DNA of 32,000 nucleotides. It comes from Bdellovibrionales bacterium. Its GTDB lineage: Bacteria; Bdellovibrionota; Bdellovibrionia; Bdellovibrionales; UBA1609. A model generated the notes under the pieces. It saw only the letters and a list, made by a program, of their open reading frames with translations, had not been told where the DNA came from and searched no databases. The DNA lies in contig OZ252021.1 in NCBI GenBank assembly GCA_965247685.1, positions 780,001 to 812,000 of the forward strand, in the 5' to 3' direction. Below are positions 16,929 through 25,573 of the stretch, piece after piece; positions within the stretch are counted from its first letter, which is position 1, and each line of letters opens with the position of its first letter. Made by a program: the position numbers and the translations under genes.

Positions 16929-17860
16929 TATTGAACCGCGGTTTGTGATTGTTGAACGATATGTGATAGTGTTTTTTTTAAGTCTCTGTTATGACTTTCA
17001 TTGGCTATTTTTCGAAAATCATTTAAAGCTTTCATCAAATGGCTTTTATAGAGAGATTTTTTGTTGAAAGGGATTTTGTTATAAGCTATGAACACTTTTT
17101 TATAAAGCTCATTAATTTCTTTTCTTGCTAAATCAGTCCATGTAGATTCCGATATTAAAAAAGATTGAGCTAGGTAAATTTGATGATAAGGCAGGGCATT
17201 TAGAAAATGATCCAAGTTAATATATGAGGCTTGAACGAAAGATCGCCCCATGATGTAAAAATTTTTAGCTGCCATTTTATTCAAAACTTTCTTATTTTTT
17301 ATAGGCTGTTTTAACTTTTTGAGACCTTGAAGAGCTTTATTTTGATACATTAAAGCTTTCTTTTTATTCCCCAAAGAAGCGTGCAAGATAGAATAACGAG
17401 ATGGAATTTCAATCCATTGTTCTTCTTCAGAAAATTGAGGTCTTTCTTTCTTTGTATTGTTGAGCACAGCCAAAGCTTGGTGAGTTTCTCCTAAACACTC
17501 ATGGGCATAATGGAGTTGCAGTAAAATTTGTCCTCTAAATTTATATTGAGGATTTGTTTGAGATGCTAAATCTTGTAAATTTTTTTTAGCTTTTGGGCAA
17601 TCCTTATTGAGCAAGTAGGAGACACCAATATTGAATAAAATAGACCATTTAAAAGAACCTTCAGGAATTCTTTCGTCGAGAATAGATTGAAAACCTTGAG
17701 TAGCTAAATCGAACTGTTGATCTTCCATAAAACTTAAAGCTTTCTGAAATTCACTGTTATATTTTATGGAAGCAATCCGATCCTCTCTAGAAGCCTTTTT
17801 AGCAGCTGTTGAGCAGGCTAGCATCCACAATGTAATAAAATATATCAGAATAATTTTCAT
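16928..17860 (-). CDS. Lipoprotein with TPR-like helical repeats; function unknown
   Basis: The signal peptide has a lipobox (ITLWMLAC-S). The rest is helical repeat-like sequence. Its TAA stop shares one base with the gshA ATG (TAATG). Confidence 0.6.
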   Translation of the reverse strand: MKIILIYFITLWMLACSTAAKKASREDRIASIKYNSEFQKALSFMEDQQFDLATQGFQSILDERIPEGSFKWSILFNIGVSYLLNKDCPKAKKNLQDLASQTNPQYKFRGQILLQLHYAHECLGETHQALAVLNNTKKERPQFSEEEQWIEIPSRYSILHASLGNKKKALMYQNKALQGLKKLKQPIKNKKVLNKMAAKNFYIMGRSFVQASYINLDHFLNALPYHQIYLAQSFLISESTWTDLARKEINELYKKVFIAYNKIPFNKKSLYKSHLMKALNDFRKIANESHNRDLKKTLSHIVQQSQTAVQ

Positions 17861-17915
17861 AAATCGTTATTTCTATTTGATTTTTTAACCTAAGGTTTAT
17901 AATTTATATTTTATT

Positions 17916-19178
17916 ATGAATAACCTGCAAATTCAATGTAAAAAAATAAGTGATTTTAGCTACGAAATGGCTGTAGAAATCCCTGAAAATGAGGTCCAAA
18001 AAGCCTTTGAACAAGAGTATCGCAACCTTCAAAAAAAATTGAAATTGCCTGGCTTTCGAAAAGGTAAAGTTCCTTTCAGCTATATAAGACAAAACCACTT
18101 CTCTCAAGTGCAGTACAATACAATGAATTTTTTGATAGAAACGGCTTATATGACAGGGCTGAAGCAGGAGAACCTCAATCCTATAAAATCTCCTAAGCTG
18201 GATGTTCAACCTGTAAAAGAAAATGAAAAACTGTCTTTTAAAGCTCATTTTGAAGTCCACGCTCAAGTTGATGTTCAGCACTATGAAGACTTCACTTTGA
18301 AAGCCAAAAAAACTGAGCCTACAGATGAAGATGTGTCTAAAGTTATTGAAAATTTAAGAAACTCTTCTGCGGAAGTGGCTCCAGTTATCGAAGATCGTCC
18401 TTGCCAAGATGGAGATATTGTACATATCGATCTTTCAGGAGATGTGGAAGGGGAAAAGGATAAAGTTCCGCTTCAAAAAGATATTTCAATAGAGATCGGC
18501 AAAGGTACTATCTTTAAAGAGATAGAGTCTGCAATAAAAGGATTGAAATGTCCTGCTTCTACGAAAGTAGAAGTTCAAATGCCTAAAGAACACTCAGAAT
18601 TTCCAAATAAAAAAGTTCTTTTTCATGTTCAGTTGAAAAAACTTTTAAAAAAAGTATTGCCAGAATTGAATGACGAATGGGCTCAAAAAATGAAAGTCAA
18701 GAGTTTGAGTGAATTGAAAAAAGAAGTTCTTCGACAGTTGCAATATCAAAAAGAGCAGGATTATCAAAAGGAGCTTAAACACCAAGCTTTACTTCAGTTG
18801 GTAGATAAAAATCCTGTGACAGTTCCTCCTTCTGTCTTAAAAACTCAAGAACAGCATATCAAAGCTTCTATTCAACATGATCTGAAGCAGAAAGGAGCTC
18901 CTGCTGAGCAAATTGAAAAATACATAAAAGATAATCAAGATAAAATTGATCAACAAAGTCAAAGAGATTCTAAATTGAGTTATCTTATTAGCGTATTGGC
19001 AAATAAACTTAAATTAGAAGAATCTTTAGAAGCTACAAATCATTACATTCACCAACATTTAAGAGGTAATAGCAAAGAGGCTAAAAATCCTCAGTTTGTA
19101 GATTCGGTTCGATGGCAAAGAACGCAAAATAATGTACTTCAATACATTATTAAAAAATCAAAAATTAATACTGTCTAA
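17916..19178 (+). CDS. tig: Trigger factor
   Basis: The N-terminal ribosome-binding signature KLPGFRKGKVP is present. A central FKBP-like segment and a helical C-terminus follow. Length is 420 aa. Confidence 0.9.
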   Translation: MNNLQIQCKKISDFSYEMAVEIPENEVQKAFEQEYRNLQKKLKLPGFRKGKVPFSYIRQNHFSQVQYNTMNFLIETAYMTGLKQENLNPIKSPKLDVQPVKENEKLSFKAHFEVHAQVDVQHYEDFTLKAKKTEPTDEDVSKVIENLRNSSAEVAPVIEDRPCQDGDIVHIDLSGDVEGEKDKVPLQKDISIEIGKGTIFKEIESAIKGLKCPASTKVEVQMPKEHSEFPNKKVLFHVQLKKLLKKVLPELNDEWAQKMKVKSLSELKKEVLRQLQYQKEQDYQKELKHQALLQLVDKNPVTVPPSVLKTQEQHIKASIQHDLKQKGAPAEQIEKYIKDNQDKIDQQSQRDSKLSYLISVLANKLKLEESLEATNHYIHQHLRGNSKEAKNPQFVDSVRWQRTQNNVLQYIIKKSKINTV

Positions 19179-19207
19179 ATTTTCGTCCAGTACAAAAATT
19201 TCATCAG

Positions 19208-20470
19208 TTATTCTTGTTGAACTAAATGAAACAACAATGAGGTCCCTTGTTTCAATAAAGGATCATCTTGTTCTTTTTTGATCCATTCAGAATCTTTTTT
19301 AAATATACTTTTATCGAGGTGTTCTTTTTTAACTTTAAAACGGCGGTAAAATTGATTTTTAAACTGTATTAATTTTTGTTGATGAAGGTTGCTTTTTTCA
19401 TCTATATGAGGAGATAAACCTTTTTGTTCAATGCTACTTCCTTGAGGAGTATAATAATAAGCTGTGGTGAGTTTTAGAGTGTACTCTTTGTTGAGTGGAA
19501 ATAATCTTTGTATAGCCCCTTTTCCAAAACTTGTTTTTCCAAAAACAAGAGCGCGATGATTATCTTTTAAGGCTGAAGCTAAAACTTCGCTTGCACTGGC
19601 AGAGTATTCATTGATTAAAACAACAATAGGGAAAAATTTGAGAGTTCCTATTTTTTTTGCATTAAAAGTTTGATTGTATTCTTCTTTTTTTCCTCTAATT
19701 CTTGTAAGAACCCCTTTAGAAATAAATAAATCTGCAATCAACAAAGATTGTTCAACTATTCCTCCTGGATTTTGCCTCAAATCTAAAATAAGACCTTTTC
19801 TCACACGAGAGCATAAAAGACTTTCCTTTTGAAGAAAACAAGATTTTACTCGTAAGAGTTTTTTAAAATCTTGAAAAGTGGAGCTTCTAAAAGAGGAAAT
19901 CTGAGTGTAAAAAAAATTATTATTAATTTTTTGTGCTGAAACAGAAGGGATGTGTATACGAGAGACGGGGAGATTAAACTGTAAAGGTTCGGGGGAGTTT
20001 TCTCTTCGAATAGTGAGTTGTACAAATGAACTTTTTTTATTTGTGATTTGGTTTCGAATAAACTCAAAGGATTGATTTTGAGTAGACTTTTTTTGAATGT
20101 GAGTGATTTGGTCTCCAGGCAGAATTCCTTTCTTAAAGGCCTCAGAGCCTTCCATAACAGACAAAACTAGAATTTGTTTGTTTTTATTAAAAGCCACTGC
20201 AATTCCAATACCAGTGTGAGAACTTAAATTGTACTGATTGAAAGACTCAGTTTCTTTTAGAGTCATTAAGCTCGAATAGGGATCAAGTTCAAAAAGCATT
20301 CCTTGAATAGCTCCATCAATAATTCTTGATCTTTGAACACTTTGCGGATGATTTTCTTCTATAAGATTTAAACTTTGGGCAAATGTCTTTAAGGGTTTAT
20401 ATTTGGAAGATTCTTGGGCTGTAGACCCAAAAGAAATAATGAGAATGTAAAAAACACACAACTTGAACAT
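19208..20470 (-). CDS. C-terminal processing peptidase (S41 family) with a PDZ domain
   Basis: A signal peptide is followed by a PDZ-like segment (GILPGDQITHI). The S41 catalytic region is LINEYSASASEVLASALKDNHRALVFGKTSFGKG. Confidence 0.88.
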   Translation of the reverse strand: MFKLCVFYILIISFGSTAQESSKYKPLKTFAQSLNLIEENHPQSVQRSRIIDGAIQGMLFELDPYSSLMTLKETESFNQYNLSSHTGIGIAVAFNKNKQILVLSVMEGSEAFKKGILPGDQITHIQKKSTQNQSFEFIRNQITNKKSSFVQLTIRRENSPEPLQFNLPVSRIHIPSVSAQKINNNFFYTQISSFRSSTFQDFKKLLRVKSCFLQKESLLCSRVRKGLILDLRQNPGGIVEQSLLIADLFISKGVLTRIRGKKEEYNQTFNAKKIGTLKFFPIVVLINEYSASASEVLASALKDNHRALVFGKTSFGKGAIQRLFPLNKEYTLKLTTAYYYTPQGSSIEQKGLSPHIDEKSNLHQQKLIQFKNQFYRRFKVKKEHLDKSIFKKDSEWIKKEQDDPLLKQGTSLLFHLVQQE

Positions 20471-21051
20471 TAAATAGGTATGACAGTTAAGTTAGGTTTC
20501 TCGAGTTCGTGTCTTAAGATATTTTCAATAGCTTCCAGAGTGCCTGTCGTCGCACTAGGGCAGCCACCGCAAGCACCTTGGTATGCAATTTTAACATGAT
20601 CTCCTTCAACAGAGATCACATCTAAATCTCCACCATCGGCTTGTAGTCCTGGGCGAACAGTTCGGTCGAGTATTTCATCAATTTTTAAAACCTGAGGATC
20701 ATTAGAAGCACTTTTTGTTTTTACTTGTGGAGAAGATTCTTCTGATACAAAATCTGGATCATGAATAGCAATACGAGTGCGAATAATAGAAGTCAGTTGT
20801 TTTTCGATTTCTTCTGGAGGAATAGTTCCATCATGTGTGAGAGTAATTTGGTTTTGAAATAGGTAGGCTCTTTTCACCCCTGAAATGGAAAATAATGAAG
20901 AAACTAAAGGAAGATGAGAGCACTCCTCAGAAGAGTGAAAGGTGGCCTTGCCTGTAGATTTCATTGGAACGTTAAAAGTAAATTTTAACGCATAAGGATT
21001 TGGAGTTGACCACATACGAACTAAAACATCTTCAGGAGATAATTGACCCAT
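20470..21051 (-). CDS. Nfu-type Fe-S cluster scaffold/carrier (Nfu_N + NifU C-terminal domain)
   Basis: The N-terminal Nfu_N-like domain contains TPNPYALKF. The C-terminal domain contains GGDLDVISVEGDHVKIAYQGACGGCPSAT. Its stop shares one base with the ctp start. Confidence 0.85.
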   Translation of the reverse strand: MGQLSPEDVLVRMWSTPNPYALKFTFNVPMKSTGKATFHSSEECSHLPLVSSLFSISGVKRAYLFQNQITLTHDGTIPPEEIEKQLTSIIRTRIAIHDPDFVSEESSPQVKTKSASNDPQVLKIDEILDRTVRPGLQADGGDLDVISVEGDHVKIAYQGACGGCPSATTGTLEAIENILRHELEKPNLTVIPI

Positions 21052-21054
21052 AAA

Positions 21055-22272
21055 CTAATTTTTCCTTAGAATATCCATTGCTTTTAAAAGACCCTTTTCT
21101 AATTTTATCACATCCTCTTCTGTATTGTACATAGAAAAAGATGCTCGCACAGTACCAGATTGTAAACTCAAAGCATTCATTAGGGGCTGGCAGCAATGAT
21201 GCCCTGTTCGTATAATTATTTTTTGCTCTCCTAAAATATATCCTATATCGTCCGTGTGAACCCCTTTAAAAATAAAAGAAAGAGTGTTTATTCGAGAGGG
21301 AGAGTTTCCAATAATTTGGCAGTTTGGAATTTTTTTTAGTCGTTGTTCGGCTTCTTTTAATAAAAATTCTTCATAAAGCGCAATATCTTGAAAACTTAAA
21401 TTTTGTTTTAGAAACTGGATTGTTGCAGCCAAAGCAAGAACACCTTCTATATTAGGAGTTCCTGCTTCGAACTTATGAGGGGCAGTAGCCCAAGTGTTGT
21501 CCAAAGTATTTAAAACCATACCACCGCCATATTGATAAGGCTCCAGCTTGTCCCACCACTCTTTTTTTCCATAAAGAATTCCCACTCCAGAGGGAGAAAA
21601 TAATTTATGACCAGAAAAGACAAGAAAATCACAATCTAATTTTTGAACATCTATATTCATATTATTGATGGATTGAGCTGCATCAATAATTGTGATTGTT
21701 TTATTTTTTTTAGCTTTACGGATAAATTTTTCTACTGGATTGATCGTTCCTAAAGCATTGGATTGGTGAATTAAAGAGAGGAGTCGAATCTTAGGATTCC
21801 ACAGAGCCTCAAAAGCTGTTTCATCGAGTTCACCTTCAGCAGTGACGGGAATATAGTGAATTTTAAGGTGGAGTTTTTGAGCGAGATTTTTCCAAGGTAA
21901 ATAGTTGGAGTGATGTTCCATTTCTGAAATAACAATTTCATCTCCTTCTTTTAAAAAGGGAGTAAGAACATGGGCAAGTAGATTAATTCCGTCTGTTGTG
22001 CTTTTTGTAAAGACAATTTCATTCACATTTTGAGCGGAAATAAATTGAGCAATAGTTTCACGACTTTTTTCATAAAGAGCTGTTACAACACTATGAAGCC
22101 CTCGATGAACATTAGATACTTCATGTTCATAAAATTGACGAACTCGGTCTATTGAAGGTTGAAGTTTTAAAGTGGTGGAGGCGCTGTCTAGATAAGTCGA
22201 CTCAGGATGATGAGTCACCTGTGGAAATAAAGATTGAATATTTTTGATAGGTGAATTCATAGCGGGAGTCAA
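21055..22272 (-). CDS. sufS: Cysteine desulfurase, SufS/CsdA-like (class V aminotransferase, group II)
   Basis: STYLDSASTT, the PLP-lysine motif FSGHKLFSPSGVGILYG, and the catalytic Cys loop RTGHHCCQP are present. The start is either the TTG at 22272 or the ATG at 22260. Confidence 0.88.
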   Translation of the reverse strand: MTPAMNSPIKNIQSLFPQVTHHPESTYLDSASTTLKLQPSIDRVRQFYEHEVSNVHRGLHSVVTALYEKSRETIAQFISAQNVNEIVFTKSTTDGINLLAHVLTPFLKEGDEIVISEMEHHSNYLPWKNLAQKLHLKIHYIPVTAEGELDETAFEALWNPKIRLLSLIHQSNALGTINPVEKFIRKAKKNKTITIIDAAQSINNMNIDVQKLDCDFLVFSGHKLFSPSGVGILYGKKEWWDKLEPYQYGGGMVLNTLDNTWATAPHKFEAGTPNIEGVLALAATIQFLKQNLSFQDIALYEEFLLKEAEQRLKKIPNCQIIGNSPSRINTLSFIFKGVHTDDIGYILGEQKIIIRTGHHCCQPLMNALSLQSGTVRASFSMYNTEEDVIKLEKGLLKAMDILRKN

Positions 22273-22313
22273 TATAGCACAGCCTGAACGGAATGTGAAT
22301 CAGATTTATAAAT

Positions 22314-22697
22314 CTATAATTCTTGTCGATCCAGCCTTCCTTCAATAAGTTTTTCTGCTTCTGCCTTCATTTGAGATTTTATGTCTTGTATATTTTGTCG
22401 TATGAAAGGCTCTTTTATCTTGGCAGGTAGGAAAGAAAATGGAGGTGGTGAATGTTGATCTATTAATTCTCGAAATTGTTTTTCAAAATCTTGAATGAAA
22501 ATTTCTAAATGTCCAATAATCTCATCTTGAGATAAACCTTGGTTTACAAGAGTATTTATTTTTTCTCCAATTTCAGATTTTATTTTTGAAATTTCTTCTT
22601 GAACCACAGGCGGTATTTGAAAAGATCGTGGTTCTTGTATAAAGCCACAAGAAAAAGCAGTGAGAAAAACAATAAAAAATAAAGCATATTTGTACAT
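22314..22697 (-). CDS. Small lipoprotein, coiled-coil-like; function unknown
   Basis: The signal peptide has a lipobox (FLTAFS-C-G). The 127-aa product is charged and helical. No family was recognised. Confidence 0.5.
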   Translation of the reverse strand: MYKYALFFIVFLTAFSCGFIQEPRSFQIPPVVQEEISKIKSEIGEKINTLVNQGLSQDEIIGHLEIFIQDFEKQFRELIDQHSPPPFSFLPAKIKEPFIRQNIQDIKSQMKAEAEKLIEGRLDRQEL

Positions 22698-22705
22698 TGT
22701 ATGAT

Positions 22706-22734
22706 ATTATATAATTAATTTTGTTAAATGTCTA
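22706..22734 (-). promoter_or_regulatory. Candidate sigma70 promoter directly abutting the lipoprotein gene start (possible leaderless mRNA)
   Basis: On the minus strand: TAGACA (22734-22729), a 17-nt spacer, then a perfect TATAAT (22711-22706). Only 8 nt separate the -10 element from the ATG at 22697, and no Shine-Dalgarno is present. Confidence 0.3.
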
Positions 22735-22895
22735 CATGAAGTTGTGGATGTCTAATAAGCATAGGCTTTATAAAATATATGAGCATGAGATGTTCCAACT
22801 TCTTTATCTGAAGCTTTGACTTTGATGTCGAAATGGAAATTTTGAGTTTTAACATTTCTTATCAATAGATAACAAATGACATCAAAAAGATTTTA

Positions 22896-24284
22896 TTAGT
22901 GTTGAAAAAAATTGCGGATCAACGGAGACCATTTGGGGTTTTTGTAATTATACTTATCAAAAGTAAGCCTTTTGATATTAGAACCATCGGTATTCATGGT
23001 GTAAATTTGTTGGTATCCAGAACGGTCACTGACAAACACGATTTGTCTTCCATCTGGTGAAAAAGATGGAGATTCATTATTCGACCATTTTCCGTCTTTT
23101 CTTCGTGCTGTTGTTAATCTTTTGATGTTAGCAGACCCTGTACTGTTCATAATAAAGAGATCAAAACGTCTTCTAGAATAGCCGGAAAATATAATTTTCT
23201 TTCCGTCCGGAGACCAACTTGGTGTCGAGTTAAAGTTGCCGACAAAGGTGATTCGTTTCACTTTTTCTCCGAATTGATTGGATTTATAAAGCATCACTTT
23301 ACCTGATCTGTCTGATGAAAAAACAATTTGATTTCCTTTCTGGTTGATAGAAGGCTCTACATTAATAGCTCCGCGAGGTCCGAGCTGAATGGGAAACATC
23401 TTATTACTTCTGAGGTTGTATTTAAAAATATTCATTCCCCCATACTTTGATGAAGTGGTCATCAGCATTTCTCTTCCAGAGGGAAAGAAGTCAGCACCTA
23501 AATTGGTTCCGTAGTAGCTCGACAGTATTCTCCTCCTTTTTCTTTTAAAGTCATAAAGTAAAATACTTGCTTTTCGACCTTTTGAACTTTTGCGGTAAAG
23601 AAAAGCTGTGTAGACCATTTTTGTTCCTGATGGATGCCATGCAGGAGCTAATACAATAGATCGGTGATAACTCCTTTGTTGCATATTTGAGCCATCCCAG
23701 TTCATCACAAACAATTCTTTTTTGAAACTCTTTTTAAAGTTACGAATAACTGCAATTTTGGTTAAGAAAATTCCTGGTTTTTTTGTTAGTTTTAAAATGA
23801 TGTCATTACAGACTACATGAGCCAAAGAGACACTTTGAGATACCGACGCTTCATACTCTTTTCGAAAGACTTTCTTTCTTAATAAAATATCATATAAGAA
23901 TACCCGAAGAGTGATCTTTTGATCATTCGATATAGCGTACCGAGTAAACATTAAAAACTCTGTAGAGATTAGTTTCCAGTTTTCCCACCTAAAACCCTGT
24001 GGATGTTCGGGATAAGGGAAAGGAGGAATTTTTGTAGGATTTTCAATGAAGCCGCCAGAGGGAATAATATTAAAATACCCTGAGTTTTTTAGATTTTGTT
24101 TAATTTGTTTAGAGATTTCTTCTCCGTGTTTGAGTTTTAAAATTGTGGGATCAGGCTTTGTATAGACTAGGGGAGAGATGGCAATCAAACTTTTTTTGAC
24201 ATTAGCCTGCCCTACATTAATATAGACACGAGCCCATGAGGGGAATAAAAAACCAATCAAAAAAATGACAAGAAACCTTTTCAT
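22896..24284 (-). CDS. tolB: TolB-like periplasmic beta-propeller protein
   Basis: A signal peptide is followed by a TolB-N-like domain. Repeated PD40/WD40-like beta-propeller motifs are present (PAWHPSGTKMVY, PSWSPDGKKIIFS, PSFSPDGRQIVFVSDRSG). Confidence 0.8.
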   Translation of the reverse strand: MKRFLVIFLIGFLFPSWARVYINVGQANVKKSLIAISPLVYTKPDPTILKLKHGEEISKQIKQNLKNSGYFNIIPSGGFIENPTKIPPFPYPEHPQGFRWENWKLISTEFLMFTRYAISNDQKITLRVFLYDILLRKKVFRKEYEASVSQSVSLAHVVCNDIILKLTKKPGIFLTKIAVIRNFKKSFKKELFVMNWDGSNMQQRSYHRSIVLAPAWHPSGTKMVYTAFLYRKSSKGRKASILLYDFKRKRRRILSSYYGTNLGADFFPSGREMLMTTSSKYGGMNIFKYNLRSNKMFPIQLGPRGAINVEPSINQKGNQIVFSSDRSGKVMLYKSNQFGEKVKRITFVGNFNSTPSWSPDGKKIIFSGYSRRRFDLFIMNSTGSANIKRLTTARRKDGKWSNNESPSFSPDGRQIVFVSDRSGYQQIYTMNTDGSNIKRLTFDKYNYKNPKWSPLIRNFFQH

Positions 24285-24427
24285 CTATGATATTCTAAAC
24301 ATTATTAATTAAAGGAATCTATATTTTTTTAAACAGGAGCCGTCTAGGCCTCATCTTTAGTGTTGTTTTTTATTTGAAAAACATTCAAACTGCCAGCAAG
24401 TTTAAAAAAAAGCATAAGGAATAAGAT

Positions 24428-25450
24428 ATGAACGATCAAAAACTACTCAGTTATCTCAAAGAAAAACCGCTTCTTCTAGCTCCTATGGCGGGAGTGACGG
24501 ATTATCCTTTTCGATCTTTTATGAAAGGTATGAATAGTGGTATTTTGACTACAGAGTTAGTGTCGGCTGCGGCCTTAGTGAGGCAAAATACTCATACGAC
24601 TCAAAGATATGCCCAAATTAGTGAAGCTCAACAGCCTGTCGGGATTCAAATTTTTGGAGAAGATGTCAGTCAATTATCTGAGGCCGCTCAAATTGTGGAA
24701 GGGATGGGAGCTAGTTTTGTAGATATTAATTTAGGCTGCCCTGTTCCTAAAATTGTCAAAAAGGGGGCGGGGTCTGCTATTTTAAAAAACTTGTCTTTGT
24801 TGGCTCAAATTTTAAAATCTATAAAAAGTAAAATTAATATTCCTTTGACTATAAAAATTAGAACAGGTTGGGATGATTCTCATTGCAATGCTTTAGAGGT
24901 TGCTCGATTAGCTCATAGCGAAGGGTGCTTGTGGGTGACTATTCACGGACGCACTCGTTCGCAAGGTTACTCTGGGCAGGCGGATTGGTCTTATATTGCT
25001 GAAGTGAAAAGCCAATCTCCTATTCCCATTATTGGAAATGGAGATTTAATTCATCCTCAACAGATCAAAAGTCTTTATTTGCAAACAAATTGTGACGGTA
25101 TGATGATAGGAAGAGGGGCTCTTAAGAACCCTTGGATATTTCATGAAACTTATGACTCACTTAGTAATCAGAGAAAAAAATATGAGAAAAACATTCAAAA
25201 AGTCCTTCAGGATTTATTTACTCATTTAAGTGCTTTTCATTCTGAAAGAATGGCGCTGATTCAATTTAAAAAATTTGCCACTTGGTTTTCTTCAGGTTAC
25301 TCTAACAGCACTGTTTTTAGAAAAACTATCTTTCAACTTAAAGTTAAAAAAGAAGTTCTCAATTACGCTTTAGATTATTTTAAAGAACTTAATGACGATA
25401 ACAAAGAACATCAACCTTATGATGCATTTCTTATGCAAGGCCACGGGTAG
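24428..25450 (+). CDS. dusB: tRNA-dihydrouridine synthase
   Basis: LAPMAGVTDYPFR, DINLGCPVPKIVKKGAGSA and TIHGRTR are present. An AAGGAA Shine-Dalgarno lies upstream. The B-type assignment is tentative. Confidence 0.88.
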   Translation: MNDQKLLSYLKEKPLLLAPMAGVTDYPFRSFMKGMNSGILTTELVSAAALVRQNTHTTQRYAQISEAQQPVGIQIFGEDVSQLSEAAQIVEGMGASFVDINLGCPVPKIVKKGAGSAILKNLSLLAQILKSIKSKINIPLTIKIRTGWDDSHCNALEVARLAHSEGCLWVTIHGRTRSQGYSGQADWSYIAEVKSQSPIPIIGNGDLIHPQQIKSLYLQTNCDGMMIGRGALKNPWIFHETYDSLSNQRKKYEKNIQKVLQDLFTHLSAFHSERMALIQFKKFATWFSSGYSNSTVFRKTIFQLKVKKEVLNYALDYFKELNDDNKEHQPYDAFLMQGHG

Positions 25451-25495
25451 GGGTTTTTTAAGCAGTTCGTCTGGAAACAGGGATAAGAAAAATTT

Positions 25496-25573
25496 TATTT
25501 AATTTCTCTATTAAATTTCTTTATTTAATTTCTTTATTTAATTTCTTTATTTAATTTCTCTATTTAATTTCTC
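25496..25573. repeat. Perfectly phased tandem repeat, 6 x 13 bp (TATTTAATTTCTY on the plus strand)
   Basis: The units are 25496-25508 tatttaatttctc, 25509-25521 tattaaatttctt, 25522-25534 and 25535-25547 tatttaatttctt, and 25548-25560 and 25561-25573 tatttaatttctc. The last unit plus one base encodes the rpmG C-terminus and stop. Confidence 0.92.

Noticed and set aside
17904-18281. A 125-aa minus-strand ORF overlapping the 5' end of tig
   Set aside because: It is antisense to the conserved trigger-factor N-terminal domain and has no motifs or Shine-Dalgarno. It is likely spurious. The same reasoning applies to the nested ORFs at 4494-4682, 4732-5026, 7843-8025, 8913-9107, 12411-12653, 14978-15190, 19846-20067, 26833-27240 and 29939-30121.
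22724-22855. A 43-aa minus-strand ORF (MLKLKISISTSKSKLQIKK...) in the tolB-like/lipoprotein spacer
   Set aside because: It has no convincing Shine-Dalgarno, has a low-complexity composition and shows no family resemblance. It overlaps the predicted promoter of the downstream lipoprotein gene.
25496-25573. The 13-bp repeat array as a CRISPR array
   Set aside because: The units are directly contiguous with no spacers, far shorter than CRISPR repeats, and no cas genes are present. It is a simple tandem repeat.
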